Origin: the human T2T-CHM13v2.0 reference genome, Homo sapiens
Direction: 5' to 3' (one strand)
DNA length: 64,000 nt
NCBI RefSeq assembly: GCF_009914755.1
Contig: NC_060925.1
Positions 47,985-60,966 of the stretch are shown here, piece by piece. A program made the translations under genes and the position numbers. The notes beneath the pieces were generated by a model. It ran no database searches and was not told the origin of the DNA. It saw only the letters and a list, made by a program, of their open reading frames with translations. The first letter of the stretch is position 1, and every line of letters begins with the position of its first letter.

Positions 47985-48843
47985 TAGTTTCACCAGGATC
48001 TCTTGGCCTCATGATCAGCCTGCCTCGGCCTCCCAAAGTGCTGGGATTACAGGTGTGAGCCACCGTGCCCAGCCTATACTTCCCTTTTTGAATACCATTT
48101 GGCGTTTTGAAGAATTAACAGCTTTGTGAACGTGGCAGTGCTTGTGATTCAGGCTTCCACTGAGACCAAGGGGAGAACCTGGTTGCAGGACAAACAGACG
48201 GACAGCGTGTGGCAGTGTTTAAATGCTCTTCTGAAGGCTGATACGACAGCTCTCTGTGCACTGATTGTATACGCATCCCAAGATTATATTATTGTTTTCT
48301 ATTGCTATGTGTCACACTTTGCCAAACAGGATGTGGAAAATGAATAAGCGGTTTTCTTAGGCACTTCTTAACAGACAATTGGTCAAAATGAACTCCATTG
48401 CTTAAGAAACACATAAACACCATTTAGTCACTGAATATAGCTATATGTATGGTTGCTACTATGGGGAATCTTGTTTTGCCAATTTTCTTTGAAAATTCTG
48501 GCAGACCAAGGTTCTTTTTGTTTACACAATACTTGAAAAATAAAAATGAACAAGCCAACAAACTACCAAGTTTTCACTTACATAAATGTAGTTACATACA
48601 GAAAATGTGACTGTGAATTTTTTCTAGGACTTTTAAACTATAAGCACTATTTGCACGAAAGAGAACCAATCTATCAATTACAAACTCACATAATTTTACA
48701 GATTTTTTTTTCCCTACACAGCACATAAAACAGAAGGAATTTGAAGCCACCCTCCAAACACAGGGGAAGGAGGCTGTGTGTATATCCTCATTGTCTTTCA
48801 CATTCTAAGGTGGTTCCACTCAGTGACTGAAATCCTTAAGTGT

Positions 48844-49539
<696 letters not shown>

Positions 49540-49658
49540 GTAGTCATTAACGGACAATATATACAAAGATAATTTCGTGATTACTGTCCTTATGCATAAA
49601 TGTCCTCAGTGTTCCACTGCCTTTATCCAGATTTACTATCACAAAGACTTTGCTCTGA

Positions 49659-49880
<222 letters not shown>

Positions 49881-49914
49881 TAGCCAGGATGGTCTCAATC
49901 TCCTGACCTCGTGA

Positions 49915-50142
<228 letters not shown>

Positions 50143-50727
50143 TAGCTACTTTTTGTATTTTTAGTAGAAATGGGGTTTCACCATGTTGGCCAGGATGGTC
50201 CCGAACTCCTGACCTCAAGTGATCCTCCTGCCTCGGCCTCCCAAAGTGCTGGGATTACAGGTGTGAGCCACTGTGCCTGGCCAAAAATGTGATTTCTTAT
50301 TTCCCACATTGCCAATTCCATTTCAATTAACTATAATAGCTATGTCTATTGAGCACTCAAGTGTATTCTAGAAACTGTTCCTGATTCTGGGGATATATCC
50401 ATGAATCAACTATAGTCCCTGTTATTAAGTAATCTGTAGTCTGACTAAACCATTAGAAATTTAAAAAATGGCTACTTTCAAAGACATCTTGGAGTTCAGG
50501 AGTCCCACACTGCGAACCATATTACCTAATAATCCAACCTGCTTGTAATTCACTTATTTAACCAATATTTATTGAGTGCCAACTTTGAGCCTAAGATACA
50601 GCAGTAAACAAATGGATAAAGTCCCTGTCCTCATGAAACTTGTATTCTAATGGAAGAAACAGAAAACAAACAGATATAGGATGTAATATCAGGTAGGGAT
50701 AAATACTTTGAATTCAAACAAAAGTAT

Positions 50728-51265
50728 ACGTAGTCAGGGTTCGCCAAAGAGACACAGCCAATCGGATACATAGATATATAAAAGAGGGTTTATGAGTTAG
50801 AAAGGGCTCACATGATTACAGAGGCTGAGAAGTCCCACAGCAGATTGTCTGCAAGCTGGAGACCCAGGGATACTGGTAGCATGGCTCAGTCCAAGTCCCA
50901 AAGCCTCAGAATCAGGAAAGCTGATGATATAATTCTTAGCCCAAAGGCCTTAGAACCCCAGCGGTGACGGAAAGGCTGATGTAGGTCCTGGAGTCCTGAG
51001 ACCCAACAGCCTGGGATCCTGAAATCCAAGGGCAGGAATGGAAGCGTGTATTCCAGCTCCAAGAGAGTAAGACCAATTTGCCTTTCTTCCGTTTTTGTTT
51101 CAAGCCACCTGCACATTGAGGGCGGATGGTTCCCTCTTAGTCCATTCAGTCATATATCAATCTCTTCTGGAAATACCCTCACAGACACACTAACAAATAA
51201 TGCCTTTCCAGTTCTCTAGGTATTCTTTAATCCAGTCAAGCTGACACCTAAAATTAACCATCACA
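50728..51265 (-). mobile_element. MLT2-type (ERVL) solo LTR
   Basis: Starts GTAGTCAGGGTTC and ends GTCAAGCTGACACCTAAAATTAACCATCACA, matching the MLT2 terminus. Confidence 0.7.
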
Positions 51266-51585
51266 AAAGTTAAGGAGAAAGAAGACAACTTGTAGGGGAG
51301 GCTGCTATGCAAGACAGTGTGTGAAGGAAGGGCTCTCTGAAGAGGTTAATATCTGAGCAGAGACTTGAATGAAGTGAAGAAGTGAGCCATGTGGGTATGG
51401 GGAATACAACTTCCAGGTAGAGAAGACAAGTGTGGTGTGTATCACGGTCAGCAAAGAAGCCATGTGACAGAGAAGGGTGGGCCAGGGAGAGACGGATAAG
51501 TGATCTAACTCCTGAGGAGGTGGCCTGGCCAGGAGCTAGAGCATGAAGATCTCGTAGGACTTTATTCTGCAAGGTGAAAAGCCAT

Positions 51586-53496
51586 TGTATTAGTCTGTTC
51601 ACAAACCCGAGACTAGGCAATTTACAAAAGAAAGAGAGGTTTAATGGACTTACAGTTCCACATGGCTGGGGAGGCCTCACAATCATGGCGAAAGGCAATG
51701 AGGAGCAAGTCACGTCTTACGTGGATGGCAGGCAAAGACAAAGACAGCTTGTGCAGAGAAACTCCCCCTTATAGAGCCATCAGATCCTGTTAGACTTATT
51801 CACTATCACAAGAACAGCACGGGTAAGACCTGTCCCCATGATTCAGTTACCTCCCACTGGGTCCCTCCCACAACGCATGGGAATTCAGGATGAGATTTGG
51901 GTGGGGACACAACCAAACCCTATCATTCCACCCATGGCCCCTCCCAAATTTCATGTCCTCACATTTCAAAACCAATCACACCATCCCAACAGTCCCTCAA
52001 AGTCTTAAATGATTTCAGCATTAACTCAAAAGTCCACAGTCTAATGTCTCATCTGAGACAAGGCAAGTCCTTTCCATTTATGAGCCTATAAAATCCAAAG
52101 CAAGTTAGTTACTTCCTAGATACAATGGGGGTACAGGCATTGGGTAAATACAGCCATTCCAAATGGGATAAATTGGTCAAAACAAAGAGGCTACAGGCCC
52201 ATGAGAGTCCAAAATCCAGTGGGGCAGTCAAATCTTAAAGCTCCAAAATGATCTCCTTTGACTCCACATCTCACATCCAGGTCACGCAGATGGAAGGGGT
52301 GGGTTCCCATGGTCTTGGGCAGCTCTGCCCCTGTACCTTTGCAGGGTACAGCCTCCCTCTCAGCTGCTTTCATGGGCTGGCATTGAGTGTCTGCAGCTTT
52401 TCCAGGTACACGGTGCAAGCTGTCGGTGGATCTACCATTCTGGGGTCTGGAGGACCTCTTCTCACAGCTCCACTAGGTGGTGCCCCAGTAGGGACTGTGT
52501 GTGGGGTCTCTGACCCCACATTTCCCTTCTGCACTGCCCTGGCAGAGGATCTCCATGAGGGCCCTGCTCCTGCAGCAAACTTCTGACTGGGCATCCAGGC
52601 ATTTCCGCACATCCTCTTTAATCTAGGCGAAGGTTTCCAAACCCCAATTCTTGACTTCTGTGCACTCGCAGTCTCAACACCACATGGAAGCTGTCAAGGC
52701 TTGGGGCTTGCACTCCCCGAAGCTACAGCCCAAGCTCTACCTTGCCTCCTGTCAGTCATGGTTGGGAGTGGCTGGGATGCAGGGCACCAAGTCCCTAGGC
52801 TGCACACAGCATGAGGACCCCGGGCCTGGCCAACAAAACCATTTTTTCCTGATACCTCTGGACCTGTGATGGGAGGGGTTGCCATAAAGACCTCTGACAT
52901 GCCCTGGAGACATTTTCCCCATTGTCTTGGGAATTAGCATTTGGCTCCTGTTACTCATGCAAATTTCTGCAGCCAGCTTGAATTTCTCCTCAGAAAATGG
53001 GAATTTTTCTTTTCTATCACATTGTCAGGCTGCAAATTTTCCGAACTTTTATGCTCTGCTTCCCTTATAAAACTGAATGTCTTTAACAGCACCCAAGTCA
53101 CCTCTTGAATGCTTTGCTGCTTAGAAATTTCTCCTGCCAGATACTCTAAATCATCTCTCTGAAGTTCAAAGTTCTACAAATATCTCGTGCAGGGGCAAAA
53201 TGCCGCCAGTATCTTTGCTAAAACATAACAAGAGTCCCCTTTGCTCCAGTTCCCAACAAGTTCCTCATTTCCGTCTGAGACCACCTCAGCCTATGGACTT
53301 TATTGTCCACAGTGCTATCAGCATTTTGGGCAAAGCCATTCAACAAGTCTCTAGGAAGTTCCAAACTTTCCCACATTTGCCTGTCTTCTTCTGAGCCCTC
53401 CAAACTGTTCCAAACCCTGCCTGTTACCCAGTTCCAAAGTCACATACCCATTTTTGAGTATCTACGGCAGCACCCCACTCTACTGGTACCAATTTA
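51586..53496 (-). mobile_element. THE1 (THE1B-like) MaLR element: one LTR (51586-51925) plus internal region (51926-53496)
   Basis: LTR runs TGTATTAGTC...CCTATCA; typical THE1-int sequence ends at CTGGTACCAATTTA; inserted into an L2 fragment. Confidence 0.88.
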
Positions 53497-54371
53497 GCCA
53501 CTGAAGTAGTTGGAGAACAGAAGTAATAGACTCTGGTTTACATTGTAAAAGCTTCTCTGTGGCTGCTGTGTGAAGAAAATATATGAGAATGAAGCCCCAA
53601 GATGAAGCAGGGACACAGTTGCAGTGGTTAGAGTAAGAAATGCTGCTGGCTGGCACTGAAGTGATAGCCTGGAGGTTTGTGTGTGCACATGCATGTGTAT
53701 GTGTTTTACGATAGTAGGCCCAACAGATACTGTAATCCACACTTGTTTTTTTTTTTTGAGACAGAGTCTCACCTGTTGCCTAGACTAGAATGCAGTGGCA
53801 CAATCTTGGCTCACTACAACCTCCACCTCCCAGGTTCAAACAATCCTTGTGCTTCAGCCTCCCGAGTAGTTGGGATTACAGGTGTGTGCCACCGTGCCCA
53901 GCTATATTTTTTGTATTTTTAGCAGAGATGGGATTTTGCCACATTGGCCAGGCTGGTCTTGAACTCCTGGCCTCAAGCAATCCTCCCACCTTAGCCTCCC
54001 AAAGTGCTGAGCCACCACACCTGGCCGCAACTGATTTTTAATCATGAAATGACACATACATTTAAAAAACCCAATACCTATAATATTCCTGGCTAGTACT
54101 CTTCACATCTATATCATCAAAAACAAAGAAAGTATGTGAAACTGACACAGCCAAGGGGAGACTAAGGAGACATAACAATTAACTGTAATGTGGTATTCTG
54201 GAGGGGATCCTGGAACAGAAAAAGACATTAGGCAAAAAACTAAAGAAATCTGAATAAAATGTGGATGTCAGTTAATAATAATGTATCATATTAGTCCAGT
54301 AATTGTAACAAATATACCACAATAATGAAAGCCATTAATTATAGGGAAAATGGAGGGGTTAATATGGGTGG

Positions 54372-56260
54372 CTGGCTTTTGCTATTTCTAGCAGCTCCAT
54401 TTTATCTGCAAAAGACAAACATTCATTAAGTCCCAAAAAGGTAAAGAATGACAAATTAAGCATGTATCTTATTAGTAAGAGTAATATAAAGATGCTCACT
54501 CCTATTTATAAATATTTGACAATCATGTTAAGGCCACAAAAGAGAAAAAAGGGTAGGGGCAAAAAACGCAAAGAGAAAGGAGTTAGTATCTTTTCTCCCG
54601 CACTCATTAGCTATTAAAAGAGGATGTTTGTTTAAAGCTGCTCAGAGCTGGTAAACTAATGTTAAGTCACTAACGGGAATTTAAAAGGTTTCATTAAGAA
54701 CTGCCTGCACTAGATTCCTCCACCCTGAGACATTAAACAATCACGATAAACCTCCTGAGTGGTAAGAACTTGTCCATTTAAAAACAGGCTATAGATTGTA
54801 TCATGCAGTTTTATCTACTAATCGGCTAATATCCCGCCAAAAACAAAAAACCCCAAAGGGATGAAAGTTTCATCCATCAAAGGAAACAACAGTCACCTTG
54901 GTTCCCATCTCACTCATATACTGCCGCCGTACATGTCAATCAGATGAACCTGTGCGTATCTCTTAATGACAATTGACCCACATTTTTGACTGAAGTGAAA
55001 GGGGGTTCTGCTCCGCGACCACTTCCTGGATCTCCCCCTCCACCCTCTGTGTTCTTTCGGGTGCACCATCGGGTCAAAGCCGCAGCAACGCCGTCTCTGT
55101 GTGATCGCATGTGCCCTTCTGCACACGACCTTCCCCCGAGAGTGACCAGCTACCGGACAGGCACCAAGGAGGGCTACCGAGCACCTCCCGGACCGGCGGC
55201 TGCAGGATCGCGAGCGCCTCCGCTAGGGAGACTGCACGTTGCGCCTGTGCTTCCTGCGGTGGCGCCTTCTGCAAGGAGACCTCGACCCTGCTCCCTCTCC
55301 GGGGCTGGATCTGACTCCTTGACGGTGATTCCAGACGCGAGACCCAAACTGACGGCTTCTAGAAGAGGGGCGAGCCCGGCCGCAAGTCTTTCACGTAGCT
55401 AAGTCATCGTTGCTTCCGGCTTCTTACCGTTCTCCCCTTTGTAAACGGTTACCTCCCGAAAACCCAGGCTCTCCTCCAACAGTGGTTCTCAAGCGAGGCG
55501 ATCTTCCCCGGGAGGGGATATTTGGCAAAGTCTGGGGGCATTTTTGGTTCACTGGGGCTGCTACTTGCATCCACTGGGTAGAGGCGGGGGATGCAGCTAC
55601 ACAACCTGCGAAGCACGGGACAGCACCCTCCCCAACCCAGACAGAATTAGCCGGCCCAAAACCTCAGTAGTGCCCAGGCTGAGAAACCCTGCCTTAAACA
55701 AACAACAAAGAAAAGCCAAGTCCCATAAGTGGGTCACCGCGCCGAGACTGGGGTCCACGGGACACCCCAGCCACGCCAAGCCGGGAAGTCCCCGCCTCCT
55801 GGAGCTGAACCCGCCCCTCTCCCAGAGGTGGAGCTGCGGGGGGCGGGAACAGGCACGGAGAAAATAAACAAGACTAAAAAGTCCTGAGTAGCGCTGTGTG
55901 GCCGCAAACCTGAACCCACCTTTTGCACCACGCGGGACCCGGCACGCTTCCTGCCACCCACCCCTGAGAGGGCTGCGCGGCCGACCCCAGTACTAGAAAA
56001 CACTCGTCACCTCAATCAAGACGGGTACGAAGGCCAACGGACGGCTTCCTTTAGAACGCTCAGCACACAGAGCAACTTCTCACGCCTACTCTCAAATGGC
56101 GTACTCCAAACTAGCACTCCCGACGTCCAGCTGTGAACCCAGAGCGGCGGAAAGCCCCTGAACCCAGCGCCCGGGCATGCGCAGACGCGTTGTTGTGGTG
56201 GGCGTGGCTCCCTCCGGACCCGGCGCCCCGCCCTCCGCCCCGTGTCCGCATGCGCGACTG
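54372..56260 (-). pseudogene. Unprocessed, truncated RSRP1 pseudogene (promoter, exon 1, exon 2, intron 2, start of exon 3)
   Basis: Colinear similarity to 33530-35890 in this window. Residual peptides: SYVKDLRPGS, HRGWRGRSRKWSRSRTPFHFSQK and [10 protein letters not shown]. The start reads ATG ACT TAG. Confidence 0.9.
55480..55691 (+). mobile_element. MER20 hAT-Charlie MITE
   Basis: Termini CAGTGGTTCTCAA and TGAGAAACCCTG; the internal sequence follows the MER20 consensus over ~212 bp. Confidence 0.88.
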
Positions 56261-56296
56261 AGCCGCGGGGGTGGTACTGCTGCATCCGGGTGTCTG
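55700..56296. promoter_or_regulatory. CpG-island promoter copy at the 3' end of the Rhesus box (paralogue of the TMEM50A and RSRP1 promoters)
   Basis: CpG-rich; GCATGCGC NRF1-type sites at ~56175 and ~56248; GC boxes at 56224-56241; CCGGGAAGT at ~55781. Confidence 0.7.
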
Positions 56297-56570
56297 AAGA
56301 TCCGATGAAATAACATATGCAAAATGATTGGGTCCGTGATTGGCATTCCAGAAATGGTAGCTGTTATTCAGCCAACAAATATTTATTGAGCACCTACTAT
56401 GGACTTCCCTGGTGCTGAGGATACAACAGCAACCACAGCAGTCAAAAGTCCCTGTCTTCATGTTGCTCAGATTCTCATAGGGGAAAGCAAATAATGAACA
56501 AATACACGGCCGGGCGCAGTGGCTCACGCCTGTAATCCCAGTACTTTGCGAGGCCAAGGTGGGCAAGTCA

Positions 56571-56833
<263 letters not shown>

Positions 56834-56836
56834 CTA

Positions 56837-57085
<249 letters not shown>

Positions 57086-57088
57086 TCA

Positions 57089-57217
<129 letters not shown>

Positions 57218-57313
57218 TCAAAAAAAAAAAAAAAAATAGGGCAGTCAGGGAAAACTTTCCTGAGAAGGGGATGGTGGAGGATCCAGGGAGGTGAGGTGGG
57301 GAGCAAGCCAGTA

Positions 57314-57679
57314 CAGTTGTTCCTTGACTTTCGATGGGGTTATGTCCTGATAAAGCCATGGTAAGTAGGAAATATTGTAAGTCAAAAATGCATTTAATAC
57401 ATCTAACCTACGGAACATCATAGCTTAGTCTCACCTACCTTAAACATGCTTAGAACACTTACATTAGCCTACAGTTGGGCAAAATCCTCTAACACAAAGC
57501 CTATTTTATGATAAAGTATTGAATATCTCATGTAATGTACTGAGTACTGTACGGAAAGTGAAAGACGGAGTGGTGGGATGGGAACTCTAAGCGCGGCTTC
57601 CACTGCATGTGTGTTGCTTTCGCGCCATCATAAAGTTGAAAAGCGTTAAGTCAAACCATCGTACGTCGGAGGCCATCTG
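57314..57679. mobile_element. Tigger-family MITE (MER47-like)
   Basis: TA|CAGTTGTTCCTTGACTT...GTCGGAGGCCATCTG|TA: inverted termini with a TA target-site duplication. Confidence 0.7.
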
Positions 57680-58578
57680 TATCTGGTAGGAGGAGTGTTT
57701 CAGACAGAGAGAACAGCAGGTGCACAGAGTGCTTTTTTCCCAGCATTTTATTATGAAAAATTTCAAACATCTACCAAAAAAAGTTGAAAGACTTGTACAG
57801 TGAAAAGCCATACATCTCACAGCTAGAATCAACAATTAACATTTTACTGTATTTGGTTTTTGACTTATCTATCCTAGATCCCTTGTGCTTTCTGTAGCAG
57901 GTGACCTGCCTTGAAGATTTAAAGACAGAATATCAGGAAATGTAGTCAGAAAATGGGGCCTTTTATAAGAGTCAGAGGGGAAGAGCAAAACCTCTGCTTT
58001 TGACAAATCTGTTGGGAGAGGCCAACTGCAGGGATACCTCCCTTTTTTAATGAAAGCATTTCTGTTCTGCGAGGAGCGGGATCCTCTTGTCAAGCAGTCA
58101 GTCCCTGCTGCTTCCTTACTGGGGCAGGATCAGGACGCACAGGGATTTGGAGTGCCTTGGAACCAACCACCACCCACGCCGTTTGCCAGCTGGTAAACAT
58201 GCCCATCAGGTCCGGGGGTTGGCATTGCCTGGACATCTTTAGTGTTCATCTTGCTGACATCTGGTGCCCTCGGGCAGGTAGGTGCAGTTGGCTGCCTGGT
58301 TTACAGAGCTTGTACTGGGCCCAGGTTAGCAGAGGTCACATCCATTTATCCCACTGCGCAGAGGAGTTCCTTCTCAGGAAACCCAGTTTATAAGAAGTAC
58401 TGACTGCCAGAAATAGAGCAGAAATGAGAACCAGGAGGCAATTGTGAGAGGAATGGAGACTTCTGACCTCTGGGGATTGGGGTACCCTCCCCCTTAATTG
58501 CTGTTGGGGTAGCAGAGGGCTTAGAAGCCCATGTTCCTAGACTTTTAGAATTGGAAGAAGACTTAGAAGTAATCTAGG

Positions 58579-58903
58579 CTGGGGGTCCCCAACCCCCAGG
58601 CTGTGGCCCGTTAGGAACCTGACCGCACAGCATGAGGGATAGGCCAGCGAGCACTACCGCCTGAGCTCCGCCTCCTGTCAGATCAGCAGCGGCATTAGAT
58701 TCTCATAGGGGCACAAACCCTATTGGGAACCGCGCATGAGAGGGATCTAGGTTGCGTGCTCCTTAGGAGAATCTAACTAATGCCTGATGATCTGAGGTGG
58801 AACAGTTTCATCCCCAAACCATCCCTCCAACCTCACCCCGGTCCATGGAAAAATTGTCTTTTACAAAACCCGTCCCTGGTGCCAAAAAGCTTGGGGACCC
58901 CTG
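58579..58903. mobile_element. MER1B hAT-Charlie element
   Basis: GGGGTCCCCAACCCC...TTGGGGACCCCTG inverted termini; GCATTAGATTCTCATAGG core. Confidence 0.78.
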
Positions 58904-60639
58904 ATCTAGGCTACAGTTAAGTGGTCAAACACCCAGGTCCTGAAGTTAGGCTGCCTGGGTTTAAATCCCAGCTCTACTGCTTACTAGCCCTGTGACCTTG
59001 AGCAAGTCACTTAGTTTTTCTGTGCCTCAGTTCACTCATTTGTAATAAATCCTAATAGTACCCATCCCAGTGTCATGAACTAAGTTCATATATGTAAAGT
59101 GCTTAGAATGGTGCCTAGCAAGTACTTAATAACAGTTAGCTCTGAAAATGTATAAAGCAAAATTAACCAATGTTTTAGTGGTTTGCAGCCAACTTTTTTC
59201 TATGCGTGTGCTAACATATTATTTTATAAGAGTGGGAATATATTGTACATGCTGTTATATAACTTGCTTTTTCACTAAACAGTCTATCCTCTGTGTCAGT
59301 TTTGATAAAAGCGTTTTCCTCTTGCTTTTCCTGCATATGTTCAGAACCATCATATTGGTAGCAAGTTTCATGTCCTGTAGTTTTCTTAACCAACCCCCTG
59401 CTAGTGGACATTTAGGTTAGTCTCAGTTTTTTCCTTCTGTAAATAAAGCTGCACTGAGCAAGAAGTGACTGATGCCAAGTGACTAGATGACCTTAGGTAT
59501 GACCTCTCTGGGTCTTGGTTTCTTGGTCTAAAAACAAAATGACAGGATTCGACTGGGTGATTAAAATCTCCTCTGATCTACATAGGAATTGTTTTCAAGA
59601 CATTTCTGCATTCCTCTAGTGACAGGGTGCTCACTACCTCATGAGTATTTCAGTGGACAACTGTAATGGTCAATAAAGTATCCACTTTCCACCTCCCTGC
59701 AGCTCCTGGCCCTGGCTTTATTCTCTGGGGCTCCACACATTCAGTTTACACTCAGTGGCCAGTGGCTGGGACCATTGTAGAAAATAAGGAAACTCCAATT
59801 CCTTCCTTCTTTTCTTCCTCTTTCATCTCTTCCTCCCTCTCTACATCCCTCTCTCTCTTCCTTCCTTCCTCGACACTTACCATGTACCAGACCTTCTGCC
59901 AGGCACATGGATGGGAGCACAGGGGAAGTTGGCTGCAGGGTTAGAACTAAGTCCCAAGCCCCCTAAAGCTCATGCCAGGGGACTGGACTGTCCAGTACTG
60001 AGGGATGGGGATGCTGAGGCTGGTGGCCTTCCTCAAATGCACTGTAGTGCCCCAGGCAGAGTCCTGGGCTGCCCTGTGAGGAGGTGACCAGAGGTAGAGC
60101 AACTTCACCCTAAGGCTGGATCAGGATCCCCTCCAGGTTTTTACTAGAGCCAAACCCACATCTCCTTTCTCTTCTGCCACCCCCCCTTAAAATGCTTAGA
60201 AACACATAGATTTAAATACAAATTCAAATGTAAGTAATTTCAACTGTGTAACTATGAGGAGTCAGTTCTACGTGGGTCCTATCTGTATCCTCCCCAGGGC
60301 TCAGCTCCATTCTTTGCTTTCATTCATTCTCATTCAATACATTGTTGTTAAGAGCTCACTGGGTGCCCTCTCTGTCATGTAGTAAGGTTTTAAAAAGAAA
60401 GCCTCTTCTGAGCTTCAGTTTCCTTATTCATAAAATAGGAGTATTGATCCGTTCCTTGCTTTTCTTACAAGGATATGCTGAAGATGACTGAAGTACAGAG
60501 TAAAGAAGGATTATGTTTGGGTGTCAAAGGAATAGAATGCCCTCTTTCAAACTGAGCACAGCAGGAACCTGTAACAGGAACACAGCAACTTGTTGAATGA
60601 ATGACAATATTGGAAAACATACATTTCCTCCCCTCCCCA

Positions 60640-60818
60640 TCATAGTCCCTCTGCTTCCGTGTTAACTCCATAGAGAGGCCAGCACAACCAGCCTTGCAGC
60701 CTGAGATAAGGCCTTTGGCGGGTGTCTCCCCTATCGCTCCCTCAAGCCCTCAAGTAGGTGTTGGAGAGAGGGGTGATGCCTGGTGCTGGTGGAACCCCTG
60801 CACAGAGACGGACACAGG
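60640..60818 (+). promoter_or_regulatory. RHD: RHD erythroid proximal promoter and 5'UTR
   Basis: GATA site AGATAA at 60704-60709 (c.-115 to -110); inverted GATA CTATC ~60731; ETS-like CTTCCG ~60654. ATAGAGAGGCCAGCACAA (60670-60687, ending at c.-132) is the RHD-type promoter sequence as I recall it. Confidence 0.85.
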
Positions 60819-60966
60819 ATGAGCTCTAAGTACCCGCGGTCTGTCCGGCGCTGCCTGCCCCTCTGGGCCCTAACACTGGAAGCAGCTCTCATTCTCCTCT
60901 TCTATTTTTTTACCCACTATGACGCTTCCTTAGAGGATCAAAAGGGGCTCGTGGCATCCTATCAAG
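60819..60966 (+). CDS. RHD: Rh blood group D antigen, exon 1 (MSSKYPRSVRRCLPLWALTLEAALILLFYFFTHYDASLEDQKGLVASYQ); the gene continues beyond the window
   Basis: 148-nt RH exon 1; CAAG|GTGAGA donor; Trp16 (c.48G at 60866). The position after RSRP1 and a Rhesus box identifies RHD rather than RHCE. Confidence 0.96.

Noticed and set aside
51897-53497. Cluster of ORFs in the THE1 internal region
   Set aside because: Fragmented pieces of a non-autonomous MaLR interior with no intact ORF.
54986-55402. 138-aa plus-strand ORF in the Rhesus box
   Set aside because: It is the antisense of the GC-rich RSRP1 pseudo-exon, where stop codons are rare; there is no coding evidence.
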